DNA of 64,000 nucleotides from Octopus vulgaris (lineage: Eukaryota), in the NCBI GenBank assembly GCA_951406725.2, contig OX597830.1:27032001-27096000 (forward strand). The letters run 5' to 3'. Each line of letters starts with the position of its first letter. Position 1 is the first letter of the stretch. Shown piece by piece: positions 37,988-51,881 of this stretch. The translations under genes were made by a program, and so were the position numbers. The notes below the pieces were generated by a model, which had not been told where the DNA came from, searched no databases, and saw only the letters and a program-made list of their open reading frames with translations.

Positions 37988-40903
37988 GCCCCTATTTGTT
38001 CCACTTACTTCTCGAGATGCTTGCTCAATGTTCCCAGGGCTCCGACAATTATTGGTACTACTGCTACCTTTTTCATCGACCACAACTGCTTAAATTCCCA
38101 TGTTAACCTGTCATACCTCTCATCTTTTCTTTCTTCCTTATCGCATACCTTCTTGTCAGCTAGACATGCTATGTCTATGATCCAGCATAGTTTGTTTACT
38201 TTCTAAATTAAGACTATGTCTGACTTCTTATTCTTTATCTTATGGTCGCACTGAATCATAAAATCCTATAGGATCTTTACATTTTTATTTTCGACGATGC
38301 CTTCGAGTTTGTGGTCGTACCAAATTTTTTCTCTGTAAAGTCCATACTTTTTACAAAGCGTCCAATGGAGAAGCCTGGCTATATTGTCGTGGCGTTTCTT
38401 ATATTCCTTCAGGGCTAGTGGCGTACATTGGTTGGTAATATGCCATACAGTTTTACCATTTTGTCCACAGATTCTGCATTTATCACTATCTGATGTGTTG
38501 TCTATTCTGTATTTTATGTAGTTTGTTCTTAGTACTTGTATTTGGGCAGCACAGATTAGCGCCTCCGTTTCTAAATCACTTTTTATCATCCACAGCCTTC
38601 TTTTTTCTTTGTCTGTCCTATCTTCAACATCCTTATGAAATTGACCATGCATTCTTTCTTTTTCAGTTTCATTCGTTTTCAATTTCTTGTACAGTGCTTT
38701 ATCTTCGCAATCTTTCATCCTACACAAGCCTGACCTTCTTACTTATAATATCGGTTCTGTGGGGTTTTTATTTTACATACCATGCTATGTTGTTTTCTTC
38801 TGCGCTAATGCATCCAATAAGTCCTCTTCTCCCCCTTTTTCTTCGTACATACAGTCTGTCTGTGTCACTTTTTGGGTGGAGTGTCCCATATCTATTTAGC
38901 AACTTCCTTGTCTTTCTGTGGAAGCTGTTTAGTTCGTCTGCTGTCCATGCGATTATCCCTGCTCCATATCTAAGGTGTGAAACCGCCCAGGTGTTGATAG
39001 CTTCAAATCTTATTCCGTCCGTTTAATTTTGACTTAAGGATCAGTCTCAGTCTGCGTAAGCACTCCCCATTAAATTTTTCTGTCATTTCTTTTTCCATCA
39101 ATTTATCCATTTCCAAAATTCCCAAGAACTTATAGCCTGTCTCTTCTATCTCTTTCATAACCTCTTCCTATAGTTTCGTTAGCCCGTCCATACATTTGAT
39201 TGCGCCTCTCTTCAAAGCTAACACATCACACTTTCTCAGTCCGAACTCCATTCTGTTATCAACACTGAAGGTATACACCGCATCGACGAGGGAACTGACT
39301 TGGGCTTCATCTTTACCATAAAGTTTGAGGTCATCCACGAATAGCAAATGGTTGACTTTTTGTTGGCGGCTTTTGAATACATATTCCTCGGAATCAGTGT
39401 TAGTGAGATCAAGCACAGTACAAATATCAGTGGGGACAGGCAGATGCCCCTTTTAATTTCTACTGTCCCTAAACCTCTTCCGTATGCTGTCTGGTCCGTC
39501 CTCCATTTCGCCAAACTTTTTCCAAGCAATCGCTCAACATTCGATGCAATACCAAATAGGTTCATACATTCCATAATCCAAGAATGTGGGATCATATCGT
39601 ACGCCTTACGATAGTCGATCCGTGACAGGTCTAAGTTATTTTTCCTCCTCTTGCAGTCTCTAAGTACAGGTTTGTCTATCAGGAGCTGATCCTTGGTACC
39701 TCTGCACTTACGCTTGCAACCCTTCTGCTCATGTAGCAGGACTCCATTTTCTTCCAGATATTCGTACATTGACTCTGCGAGTATTTCAGTCAATAATTCC
39801 CACATAAGTGGCAAACAGGATATTGGCCTGTAATTGTCAACCGTGTTGCCTTTTTCGATGTTTTTCAGGCACAGCACTGTCTTGCCCAATGTCAACCACT
39901 CTGGTGTTACTTGGTCAGCACTTAACAAGGTGTCGAGTTGCGCAGCTATACGTGCATGACATTCACCAAATCTTTTGATCCAGTAGCCTTGAACTCCATC
40001 TGGTCCCGGTGCTTTCCAGTTGCTCATTTTTTCTTGCTGATTTCCTTCACTTCCCTAACTGAAATGACTAGTTCTGTCTGTTTTCGACAGACTACTGTTT
40101 GTTTCAGTTATTGCAACCATTCTGCATCCTTCTTGTGCTCCTTGTCTTTGCTCCAGATGTCATTCCAAAGCCTTTGACTTTCATTGTTACGTGGTATCAA
40201 CTTTTCATCTGTACACTCTCCATTTATTTCTTTACAGAAACTCTTCTGATCTACTCTGAATAACCTATTCTGGTAGTAACCCTTCATTAGTCGGATCTTA
40301 CCATTTTTGTTTTCTTTGCAACGAGGCGCTGCTTCAGTTCCTCCATCACCACTTTCAAGCCCTTTCTTTCAATATTATACTTCCTTTTCAGCGCCCTGTA
40401 TTTTTTGTTCACTTTTAAGCTCCCCTTTCTCTGCTGCTATTTTCTAAGACCCGTCTTTTGATAGTTTCGAGCTCTACTTCTGTGAGCCGACAATTTTTTC
40501 TTATTGCTCTAGCTTGATCACATAGTGTCTATTCCGTGAGTTGAAGCAATCCCTTTTCTCTCCAATGATCATACATATGTTGTCGGTAACCCCTAATTTG
40601 AGCACCATTTTCTTCTACCGGGCTGCTCAGGTAGTAACGCTCCATGACCACAGCATTAATTTGCTTGCTCGATCTACGCCATATGTGGTGGTCCCTTTCT
40701 GGATATCGACAGGCTGGAGCCGGACCAGAATCTCTGAGCCTGCCGGGTGGAATACTGTCACCATCATTGGCTTTTGTTTAATTACTACCGTTATTCACAA
40801 TATTTTTTATTGTCACTCATGAGGTAGCGATTATCAGGTTGCGCATTTACAAATGTTTTTATTGTGACACCATCAGTCCATGGGAGGTTCCACCCGTTTC
40901 CTT

Positions 40904-40905
<2 letters not shown>
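37984..40905 (-). mobile_element. Degraded R4/Dong family 2 LINE; 5' end abuts (TAA)n, 3' end truncated
   Basis: NAVVMERYYLS (N-terminal motif); [16 protein letters not shown]; NYRPISCLP; [19 protein letters not shown]; [13 protein letters not shown]; [11 protein letters not shown]; CRICG..HITNQC..RHD. Confidence 0.9.
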
Positions 40906-40934
<29 letters not shown>

Positions 40935-41732
40935 CATCATCATCATCATCATCATCACTGATATCAATGATATTATCGTTTTCAAGTGTAGTAGCAGCAG
41001 TGGTTGCAGCAACAGCATCAGTAGCATAGTGGTAAGGGTGGTAGTTGGGCCTCAGTTGGGCGATCATAATAGTAGCAGTTGTAGTATTAGCAGCTGCAGA
41101 ATATTATTATTTTTATTATTTTTATCATTGTCACCGTCACCACCACTACCACTGTTATTAACTTTATTACTAATTCCACTTATTATCAAAAGATTTTATT
41201 AAATGTTCTTTATTTTCAACTTTTGTCTTGTACTTGAGATAATCATAAAAATGTAGTTGTTGGAGGAAATAGTTGAGTATCAGCTTGGTGAATAGATCAT
41301 ATTCTACAGGTCTATAAATAGATTCTGCAGATGGTGGGGAGGGGTCTATAAATAGATTCTGCAGATGGTGGCGAATCTGCGCACCCTTTGGGTCAGCAGA
41401 GGTCAAATGTGTTTAGTACTACCAGTTACCATTGAGTGCGTTGCCTTGAAAGAAGCAATTCAACCTGTTCTATTTGTAATTACTAGTAGAAAAAACAATA
41501 ATATATATACACATACACACACACAGACACACACGCACACACACATACACATATATATATATACTGATATTCACGTCGTTGAATTTTTGAAATTCTGAAT
41601 TCAATTGTGTTGTTGCAATAAAAGGTGTGTTTACGTATTTGGGTAATATCAAATATCAGGCCATCCGATAAGATCTGTCCGAATTTTGAATAAAGGAAAC
41701 AAGAGATCAAATGTTATATTTATTTGAAATTT

Positions 41733-41768
<36 letters not shown>

Positions 41769-41784
41769 TATCATCATCATGATG

Positions 41785-41850
<66 letters not shown>

Positions 41851-42041
41851 TAATAATAATAATAATGTTAATAATAATAATTATTATAATAATAATATTA
41901 TTATTATTATTATCATTATTATTTTTATTATAATTATTATGATAATTATTATTATAATAATTATTATTATTATTATTATTATTATCATTATTATTATTAT
42001 TATTAATATTATTATTAGTAGTAGTAGTAGTAGTAGTAGTC

Positions 42042-42089
<48 letters not shown>

Positions 42090-42091
42090 TA

Positions 42092-42144
<53 letters not shown>

Positions 42145-42145
<1 letters not shown>

Positions 42146-42310
42146 TCAAATTTTGAAACAAGGCCAGCAATTTTGGGGAAGACCTCAGTGTTCAAATGGT
42201 ACTTAATTTAACGACTCCGAAAGGATGGAAGGCAAAGTCAATATAAGCAGTATTTGGACACAAAATGTTAAGACAGACGAAATGTCGCTCGCATAATAAA
42301 TGTTCCTTAA
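42145..42310 (-). mobile_element. SINE family C (old copy)
   Basis: ggtacttaatttaacgactccgaaaggatggaaggcaaagtc. Confidence 0.65.
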
Positions 42311-42690
42311 GTTGTACCGATGTCCTGTTGATCTTTGATGCCATTGTTGTATGTATGTATGTATGTATGTGTATGTATGTATGTATGTATGTATGTATGT
42401 ATGTATGTATGTATGTATGTATGTATGTATGTATGTATGTATGTATGTATGTATGTATGTATGTATGTATGTATGTATGTATGTATGTATGTATGTATGT
42501 ATGTATGTATGTATGTATGTATGCATGTATGTATGTATGTGGGCGGGTAGGTATGTACATATCTGTCTGTATATCTGCCTGTTTGCCTGTCTTCTGTCTC
42601 TGTATGATAGACTTTATATGTTAGACGTTTAATTGAAATACATAACATATGACATACACACATATGTATGTACTTATTCATATATGTATG

Positions 42691-42780
<90 letters not shown>

Positions 42781-42791
42781 ATGCATGTACG

Positions 42792-42832
<41 letters not shown>

Positions 42833-42839
42833 GTATGTA

Positions 42840-43209
42840 TCTCTCTATATATAACGGCAGTTTGTCTCTGTGTGTTTCTGTGTGTTTGTTAGGTTGTACC
42901 CTCACCCTGACCACGGCTTTCAACCGATTCTGATGAAACTTGACACACACATAGCCCAATGTCATAATTCAAAACTAACGCAGCGAAAATTTTGAAAAGT
43001 TCCCCCAGTTCTGAAAAAAATCGATAAATTCGACATCGGGTCGAGAATCAGAAACACAAACCACAGACTGTCTAGGGGACGCAACTCGCCCTTTTTAACT
43101 AAAAAAAAAATTTACCATCATTTTTTTTCCATTTTTTGGCTATAACTCTCTAAAATGCTTTATAGTTATTTCCCTTACAAACCCGAGCAACGCCGGGCGA
43201 TACTGCTAG
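42840..43209 (+). mobile_element. Non-autonomous Helitron
   Basis: Starts TC after A; internal aaccgattctgatgaaacttgac motif; subterminal hairpin cccgagcaacgccggg; ends CTAG before T (A|T target, no TSD). Confidence 0.8.
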
Positions 43210-43217
43210 TATTTATA

Positions 43218-43782
43218 TATTTGTGAACAAACCGGATGTTACGGAGAACAGCGACACACATAGGTCTTTTTAAATAGTAACTGTAATTATATATTATTCA
43301 TATATGTTCCATTTAGAGCGACTATACCTAAGCAATTGACCAAAGAAAAAAGATGGGCCGAACCACTGCGAATTGAACACATCAATGCTTACACGGTTCC
43401 GGACGCACCCAATTCAGCCACAAAGCCCACATTGCCCTTTTTTCGGTCACTTGTTTAGGTTTAATCTCTCTAAATGGAGCATATATTATTATATAAATGA
43501 TATATAATTACAGTTATTATTAAAAAGGACCCATGTGTGTCTCTCTTCTCCGTAATTTACAGCCTTCGGGTTTGTTTACAAAGGCTAACATTATCTATAC
43601 ATTAAATTGATGAAATTGATGAAATTGATGAGTGGGCTATGTGACTGAATTGGGTGTGTACGGAGCCATGTAAGCATTGATGTCATTTTCAAATCGCAGT
43701 GGTTCGGCGGTCCCTCTTTTTTCGGTTAATTGTTTAGGTTTAATCGCTCTAAACGGAGAGTATATTATTATATAAATAATAC
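43218..43782. mobile_element. Old nested inverted repeats (Penelope-like pseudo-LTR remnant)
   Basis: ~43220-43345 is inverted at ~43440-43582, and ~43285-43430 is inverted at ~43632-43780. Confidence 0.6.
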
Positions 43783-43802
43783 ATACATACATACATACAT
43801 AT

Positions 43803-43895
<93 letters not shown>

Positions 43896-44653
43896 GTGAG
43901 AGAGAGTGAGAGAGAGAGAGAGAGATAAATACACTTGCAAATACAAACTCTCATGCATACGCACATTTCTACACTTTAAAACGTACATTTACGTGTAGAA
44001 TCACAGATTTTATTGAGAAAAGATAGGGAATTTATGTATCTAATGTTATCTAATGCTAGCCCTCCGCTCACATTATCAGTATAGGATGTTTTCTCACTTT
44101 TGGTTCTGCCGATATAATCAATGATATCACAGGCATGCCTATCGCATCTTTATTGTCTTTAACAGCAAGTATTACACCAGCTGCAATATTTAATGTGTAC
44201 AATGACTTTAAGTTGAGACTGAGCTGCTATTGTTTCTTGTTAATCGGGAACAGGATAGAGGTTGGATCATATTAAGACTTTTGTAGGAAACACTTGGCTT
44301 TGATTAATGATTCATGTGTTGGAAAATATTTCTTAACTCTATAACACTCTACATTTAGTAAGTTATTAACTGTATTTACTAGTCTTCTAATTAGTAAATA
44401 TCTGTGAGAAACATCAAATTTAGTTCTATCTACAATCACCACACAACCACTCCGATGTATCTTTAACTAACTTGTATATTGCCAACCAATAGAATATTGT
44501 GTAACGTAAGCATGACAAGTACTATAAAACGAATGAATAAGAACACTATTATGTACAAACTAGTATCCTCTGGACCATACTGATCACGTTTAGGTGATAA
44601 AGTACTTGAAGCAGCACTTCTGGTTTGACAGAAGTGGGGAATATTTTAAGCGT

Positions 44654-45089
44654 GTCACCAACTGTTGACAAAGATCATCTCGTAAGCTGAAAGAAATCAG
44701 TTGTGTTCAGGTTCTGCGTGATATGGGCTTCGTCATATCTAAAATGCCAATGACAGAATGGCGTACCTCGTATGAATCCATCAGGATTTGAGAGTCTCCT
44801 CATTACTACATATACCCAACTAATAAACTGTCACCTGCAAATATATTTTACTTAGTAAACGATAGCCGCAAGAATAAAGCGAACAAACTAGTACCAGATT
44901 ATGTAATCAATCTCAGGCATCCATGTTTATTGATTTACTAAGATTTTGGACCACACCGTATCACACAGTCACACTCACTGGATTAATTCTTCATCCGGTA
45001 GTTCTGCTTTGGCAGGTATACTTGAGATATTCCCAGCGTTAATTCCTGAGGGTAGTCACCAACTGTTGACAAAGATCATCTCGTAAGCT
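44654..45089 (+). repeat. Exact 35 bp direct repeat (44654-44688 and 45055-45089) upstream of the laccase exon
   Basis: gtcaccaactgttgacaaagatcatctcgtaagct occurs twice. Confidence 0.9.
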
Positions 45090-45390
45090 ATAAAGGACAG
45101 AGAAACAAAAGACTCTAACCAGAAATTGTTAAGTTTCCAACAATTTCTGATTAAAATTTGTTCCAGCTGAAATTTCCTAATAACAAAACAATATCGATCT
45201 CCCTGTCGTCTGCCTGTCACACAGAGTTTTATTTTCATTTCTTCTCTTTGATATGTTGGTGTTCTTTCGTCTTTAAACATACACATATTTCATGATTTAA
45301 TTGTCACATCGTCCTTGATGATTTGATGATTTCTGTGTTTCTCATATTTATATTTTGTTATTTCAGATATCTGTTCACACTGGTTCAACT

Positions 45391-47386
45391 ATGATTCACT
45401 TCAACGTAATTGTATTCCTCCTGGGGCTCTTATCACCATTAGTTTATTCTCATGGTTGTCGTATGGAAGACGACGTGTGTGAGTTTAAGCTGGTAATTTC
45501 CTATAAATTAACTATGCTATACAATAAGATCTTGGTACAGTCCCATGATGGAAAACTCTACAGATATGACGTCACCAATTTTACAAATGCTCAACCGATA
45601 CCAACTGATAAAGTCATTACGATGGATGGTTTCTCTGAGTCAGTTAAGGTGATTACAGTAAATGGTACAGTTCCTGGACCAACGATAGAAGTTTATAATG
45701 GACAAAGAGTCATCATTGAAGTAGAAAACGGATTATTTTCAGAAGGTACAACAATACATTGGCACGGCTTGCATCAAAGAGAAACATCACATATGGATGG
45801 TGTACCTTGGGTTACACAGTGTCCAATTCAACCAGGTCAGTCGTTCAGATATGAATTTAATATTACACAAATTGGAACTTATTGGTACCATTCTCATATT
45901 GGAACACAACGTACCATGGGAGTATTTGGTGCTTTGATACTACACGAAAAGACAAAACGTAAAATGGAAGAACATGTAATGGTAATCTCAGACTACAATC
46001 ATGACTGGGATTCCGATATGAGTTTTTTAAAAGTTGGCATGGGACTTTATATGCATAAAAAAAAGGTTGATATTACCAGATCTGTTGAAGGAGGACTTTT
46101 TAGTCTCTTTCAGTTCAATTCCGGAACTGTGAATGGTCGGGGCCGTTATTATGATGAGTCAGGGAAACATAATGAGGCTCCACTGACTGTCTTTGAAGTA
46201 GAATCAGGTAAAGAATATCGTTTTAGAGTGATCGCTGCAGGGGCTCTGTACCCATTTGAAGTATCTGTTGATGGTCACCAGATGGTAGTCATTGCCTCTG
46301 ATGGTTATGACATAACACCAACACCTGTTGATTACTTTATCATCAACCCCGGTGAGAGATTTGACTTCACAATACATGCAAATAACTCTGTCGGAAATTA
46401 CTGGATCCGCGGACAGACACTGCAAATGGGCAAAAATAATACATTTGAAGCAATTCTTCGATATAAAGGTGCACCGGTCGAAGAACCTAACTCCACAGTT
46501 TCTGACTGCATTCAACAAAAGAACTGCATTTTACTCAACTGTCCCTTTCTTTATGATCCCTATAAAAGTGATAAACCATGTTTAACTTTTGGTGACTTAG
46601 AATCTAATTATCGAGATGTACCGCCTTTCGGACCTGGAAAGTTTAAGGAACATTTTTTAAATTTTGCTTTTCCTGGTGAGCCTGGGAACACACCTGCATC
46701 AATAAATGGTCGGGTGTTCGTGGAACCCACGGTAAACCCTTTAACACAACCAAATGAAATAGATAGTCCGTGTGATAAAGCCAACTGCGGTGTTGATAAA
46801 GTGTGTCGGTGTACTCATTCCATAAACCTGAAATTTGGTGATACAATTCAAGTTGTAATGACAAATCTGGGAAAAGGTAAAGGGTTCTCTCACCCTATAC
46901 ACATGCATGGACATTCATTTTATGTAGTTAAAATGGGATTTCCAAAATACAATGAAACAACGGGAGAAATAATAAATGATACTACAGATATTGATTGCAG
47001 AGGTGATCCGAAAATGAACTATTGTAATGATGCGGCTTGGTCAAACAGTAACTGGGAGGGAGACAACATCCCCAGAATGAATTTACGAAACCCTCCTCGA
47101 AAGGATGTAGTTATGGTCCCTACAGGTGGATACGTTGTAGTGAGAATACGGGCCGATAATCCTGGAATGTGGTTTGTGCACTGTCACATTGAATTACACA
47201 GCAAGGAGGGAATGGCTCTTATTCTTAACGAATCTTTCGCTCGGTTGCCAGAAATGCCGGACAATCTCCCCGGGTGTCGTAGCTTCAAGAGAAGCGTTTA
47301 CAACATAAGGAAAGATACTGGAAAGGATGTCAGTAAGGACAGAAATGGTGAAGATGATAAGGATGATAAAGGTGATAATCATGGCG
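45391..47386 (+). CDS. Multicopper oxidase (laccase-like), main coding exon: signal peptide + three cupredoxin domains + acidic linker
   Basis: Signal peptide MIHFNVIVFLLGLLSPLVYS; copper motifs TTIHWHGLHQ, GTYWYHSH, HPIHMHGH, WFVHCHIELHSKEGM (Met axial ligand). Acceptor ttttgttatttcag ends 45366; donor GGCG|gtaagg after 47386 (phase 1). The unspliced ORF stops at 47418. Confidence 0.95.
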
Positions 47387-47822
47387 GTAAGGGATGTTAT
47401 ATTTTTATTGTTCTTTAAACTTTTCCTCGAGTTTCATCTCTTATTTTATAAATATTTTGAGAAGGCAAGGCAGATGGGGTACTATCAGATAGGTGGTGGA
47501 ATAAAAGCAGTACTGTTCTTGAGAACGAGGTAGATTATGGTTTCGTGTTTTTAGAGAGCGTGAGAAATGGCTGGAGAGAGAAGATGGATGGAGGGAGTGA
47601 GAGATTGAATCGTTTGGCGATTATCATTTTGTTCAATGTCGTCGATCTGTTGTTGAAGACCTGAGTTGCTGCAGTTGTCGTTGTCGCTGTTGTATTCATC
47701 ACCATGTTAACCATTGAGCTGACATGTCCAGAAATATATTTCAGCTTTTGTCATCACTTTTAAAAAAACTTTCTACACCACCCAACACTACAATATCAAA
47801 TACATCCATTTCTAAATCGTTA

Positions 47823-47862
<40 letters not shown>

Positions 47863-49085
47863 CTACTCTTTATAGAGGGCAAGTAACAGCACACGATCTT
47901 CTCTTGTTGGTTGGTCAGTGAACGAAGTTCATGTGGGTAACAAATACAGTTTAATTGGATCAGACTGAATTGTATCCTATTATCATTAAAAGCCAACTGC
48001 ACCAGAGAACAAAATGACATTGATTATCAATAGATTAGGATACCTTCATCTATGATAAATCCTCGACTACCAATGACATCAGCTGATGCAATAAATCAGT
48101 TTTGTTTTCTGCTATCAACTGCAAACGAAGATGAGATTCTCCGGGAATTTTAAAGGTGATTACTTTTTCCAGGTATTTCTTTAGTTTTGCCATCAGGACA
48201 CGGACGCACATACAATAAAGGAAACAACGTAAGTTCATTTCGTAAATTAGGATGAATACCTGTTCGTAAAGAGTTGCAGTCCTTTACTCTTGACCAATTT
48301 AGAAAATGATTGTGTGGAGAGAAAAGAATCCTGATGTTCGAGCAATGTTTTCCATCGTGGCAGTGCTGGTGGTGGTGATTGTGGTGGTGGTTGATCATCG
48401 TTGTTGCTAAAACTATATTTCGTATTACTATGTTATTATTCAAACTGTATACGTAAATCTATTGTGGATTTCCTAGCAGATTACGTGAATGAAAAACGAA
48501 AATCAATGACAAACTAATGTGTTACTAGTTGTTCTCTTTGGATTAAGTGAATTAATTTTGTTTCTGGAGGATTCTCAGTGTAATGTGTTGTATTAGTTTG
48601 GCAAACAAGGAAGTTATTCGTTGTAGGAACGCAATTCAATATTGACTGATGTATATCGCAGATGTACGGCTATGTTTCATGAGTGACGTCCTTAACTTGG
48701 AAAGCAAAACTACTACAAACGTTGCAAATAATAAACGAATAAACTCTTACTAGTGATCATTGGAATGGAAGTTATCACAATTATGGAGTGATACACTGAG
48801 AACAAACACGTATTGAAATGAAAATGGTACCAATAGCTGCGTGTGCATGAATTATTTTTTGTCAGATGATGTGGAAACTGAAGAAACAAATGTATTTTTT
48901 ACAGCAATAGGCTTATGGATAGAGTGCTAAATATTTAGAGAGTCTTAGTAGCATTTTTTGCTATTAGATCTTCAGTAATAGAGATATATTATTTAATTAT
49001 ATTGTTACATAAGTGAGAGAGAAATGACTTCTTGAAATGCAACTGCCATTGAAGTTTTATATTTTTTATCTTCTGGTCACACATG

Positions 49086-49325
49086 TGGAGGTGCGTGGTT
49101 TAGTGGTTAGGGTGTTGGCCTCATGATCGTAAGATTGTAGTACCGATTCCTGGACCGGGTCACGCGTTGTTTTCCTGAGTAAAACACTTCGTTTAACTTT
49201 GCTCCACTTCACACTCAGCTGGGAAAAATGAGTAATCCTGCGACGGACCGGTGTCCTGTCAAAGCGGGGAATATATACGCCACAGAAACCGGAAAATCGT
49301 CCCTATGAATTTATAGGACTCGAGA
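49086..49325 (+). mobile_element. Old tRNA-derived SINE (family B/D related), intronic
   Basis: ggaggtgcgtggtttagtggttagggtg..gattcctggaccgg..tacgccacagaaaccgg. Confidence 0.75.
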
Positions 49326-49756
49326 AGTAGATTTACTACTATTTTTTACTACATATACCTAAAGTAGGGATCGGCAAACTATTTCAGATGTGGACTAGGT
49401 TGGGAATGTTTCGCTTTCTGAGGCAATACAAATGAAATGAAATGAAAATTAGACCATAGAGGGGTTTGGAAGTTCTAGCCATGACTGTACATGTTTATAT
49501 TCAGATACAGTAAATCAAGCGCATTATTATTTAATGTACCCATTTTTTTTAACGTGGCACAGAGTAATTCAAGGAGATTTGGCTGCTATTTCAGAAAATA
49601 TATCTTTGTTCTTATTCCTAACAGGTGAAGTTCGTAGGTTACTTTTGGGGTGTTTAATGCGCAGTTCGAATTCGTTCCTCGCAAGAAAATGCATTATTGA
49701 AATAAATAAATAAACTTGTTAAATATTTCCTTATATAATAATGAGCGAAGTGTATC

Positions 49757-49819
<63 letters not shown>

Positions 49820-50527
49820 TATGTTCAAAATCCCTCAGAAGGGAGTGGGAGAAAGAATAATATAAGTAAAGGGAGAGGAGAGAAAATAGTAATTCAGTGA
49901 TGGAGAAATAGGGAGAGTAATAGCCATAACTGAGAGGGAGTGAGAAAAAATAACACAATGTAAGAGAGGAAGTGGTAAAGAGAGTGTTGTGTATCTTATC
50001 TTCTACTATAATAATACTCTTGTGTATTTCTCCGTCACAACAGATGAATAAGAAGGGAAGGGGTGATAGATGATTAAGGAAAGAAGGGGTGAGGGCAAAC
50101 TTGGTAGTGGGATGATAGAAGTCCTATGGTGAAGAAAAATCAAACAGCGTTTCAACTTTGCGTGAGTATGTGTGTGTGTATATAAAAGGAAGTGATGGAA
50201 ATGTGGGTGTGGGTGTGTGTGTGTGTGCGTGTGTGTGTATGTGTGTGTGAGAGTGCAATGAAAGTGGGATGGTAAACATTCAACGCTGAAAAGAAAAATC
50301 AAACAGCGTTTCAACTCTGTGTGAATATATTTGTGTAAGCGTCTGCGTGGACAAGGAAAGTGTGTGAATGTATGTATCTGTGATTATTATGTACCTTATT
50401 TATATAAAAAATACTACAATTAGGCGTTATTTTTGACGGCACGGGGCCGGCTAGTCTTTTTTTTTTATTATTTGCTATTTGTATATCTACCTAATAAACT
50501 CAATATTGTATTTCTTTTCCTTTACAG

Positions 50528-50643
50528 TTGCAGACGACTACACAGTACGAGTGGCACTTGGAGTTCTAATCGCTGTCGTCTGTATCCTGGCCATTCTTGT
50601 TGTTGTTCTTGTGTTCCTTGTTATAAGGAAGCAAAAGAATTAA
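50528..50643 (+). CDS. Laccase terminal exon: transmembrane helix + short basic tail
   Basis: Acceptor tttcttttcctttacag ends 50527. In phase 1 it reads (V)ADDYTVRVALGVLIAVVCILAILVVVLVFLVIRKQKN*, matching the donor phase; spliced product 703 aa if no other exon intervenes. Confidence 0.8.
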
Positions 50644-51881
50644 CTTTGAAAATCACCTGAAATCAATACGATCAGAGATAGCAGTGGGGGAGAGTGGGGT
50701 GGTGGCGAATCTAAGATGTGCTAGAGTAATTTTGTGGGGTCTGTAAGTGCATGGTGTCAGGTTCGAGTGGGGTTTGGTAACTGATGTGTGTCATGGGTCA
50801 TGGATGTACTTGGTGGTATATAGTACAGATAGTGTATTAGTAACAGTATATGGTGTGATACAACACCATAACGACGGCATTATTAATTTTACATTAATAC
50901 GACACTATTATTAATGTGTGTGTATGTGTGTGTGTGTGAGCGTGTAGTAATAATGGTATTTATTCATAATTAGTGAAAGCTGTCTTCATTGCCGTTTAAC
51001 TCTAGGTTCGAACCTATTGAATAGCCACGACCATCCCGTCTGGTATGTAAATAATTTTTCTAGGATTACGTTATCTATCATGTCCAGTTTTTGCTTTAGA
51101 ACGGAGGTAGATTTTTGACTTCTAATTTTATCAACTCGAGTTGACGCGTAAATATCCACTCGTTGAGATCGTATAACCATTGAAGTAAATTGTGGGTTTC
51201 TTTATGTTAATCTAACAATTATAAACGCTGTTTTGACCAGAGCATTGGTATTTAATAGTTGTAGACAGCAGAAGTGAAGCGTATATACTAAAAGAGTTAA
51301 TGAGTGATACTGAAAGGGTAGAAGTATGATTCGAACCATTCTCCTCAAGCTTATAACTAATACAATGTTTTAATAAAAGCGCGTTTGTATAAGATGTATA
51401 TGTGTGTGTGTGTGTGTGTGTGTTCTTATTTCACAAAACAGTTGAAATAAATTTCTAGTATCAACTTCTCTATTAATATATTCAAATACACCTTTTATGA
51501 TAACAAATATATGCAATGTCACTAATAATCTCATGTCCAAAAATTTGTTGAAGGCTGTTTATATTATTGGTTGCTATTAAAAGTCTTCGGTATTCAGCGT
51601 TATCTGGATTTTAAAATACAGTGATCATGTTTTGGTTTAAATCTGCCGCCTGTTCCGATATATAAGTTCGTACATCAGATATTCGGTTCAGCCTAAATTT
51701 AAATTACTCACGTGACATAACTCTCCATTTTTCCAGTTTTAGTTATCTCTCTTGTTACTTCGAACTGTTGATTTCTGTTCATAGTTGGTTTCTTGTTTTA
51801 TGGCTTCACTTGATGGTTTCGGACACTTATTTCGCTGCGAGGGTGAAGCCCATATCAGCCACGGGATATCTTAAAACCTTC

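Noticed and set aside
40870-40905. HDV-like ribozyme at the Dong 5' end (acctcccatgg)
   Set aside because: Only a P3-loop-like word; P1, P2 and P4 could not be assembled by eye.
45355-45390. TTG start used by the ORF track
   Set aside because: It overlaps a splice acceptor (ends 45366); ATG 45391 begins a clear signal peptide.
48866-48930. Possible extra laccase exon (ttttttgtcag|ATGATGTGGAAACTGAAGAA..., DDVETEETN)
   Set aside because: The nearby GT would be phase 0 and weak, incompatible with the phase-1 TM exon; unsupported without RNA data.
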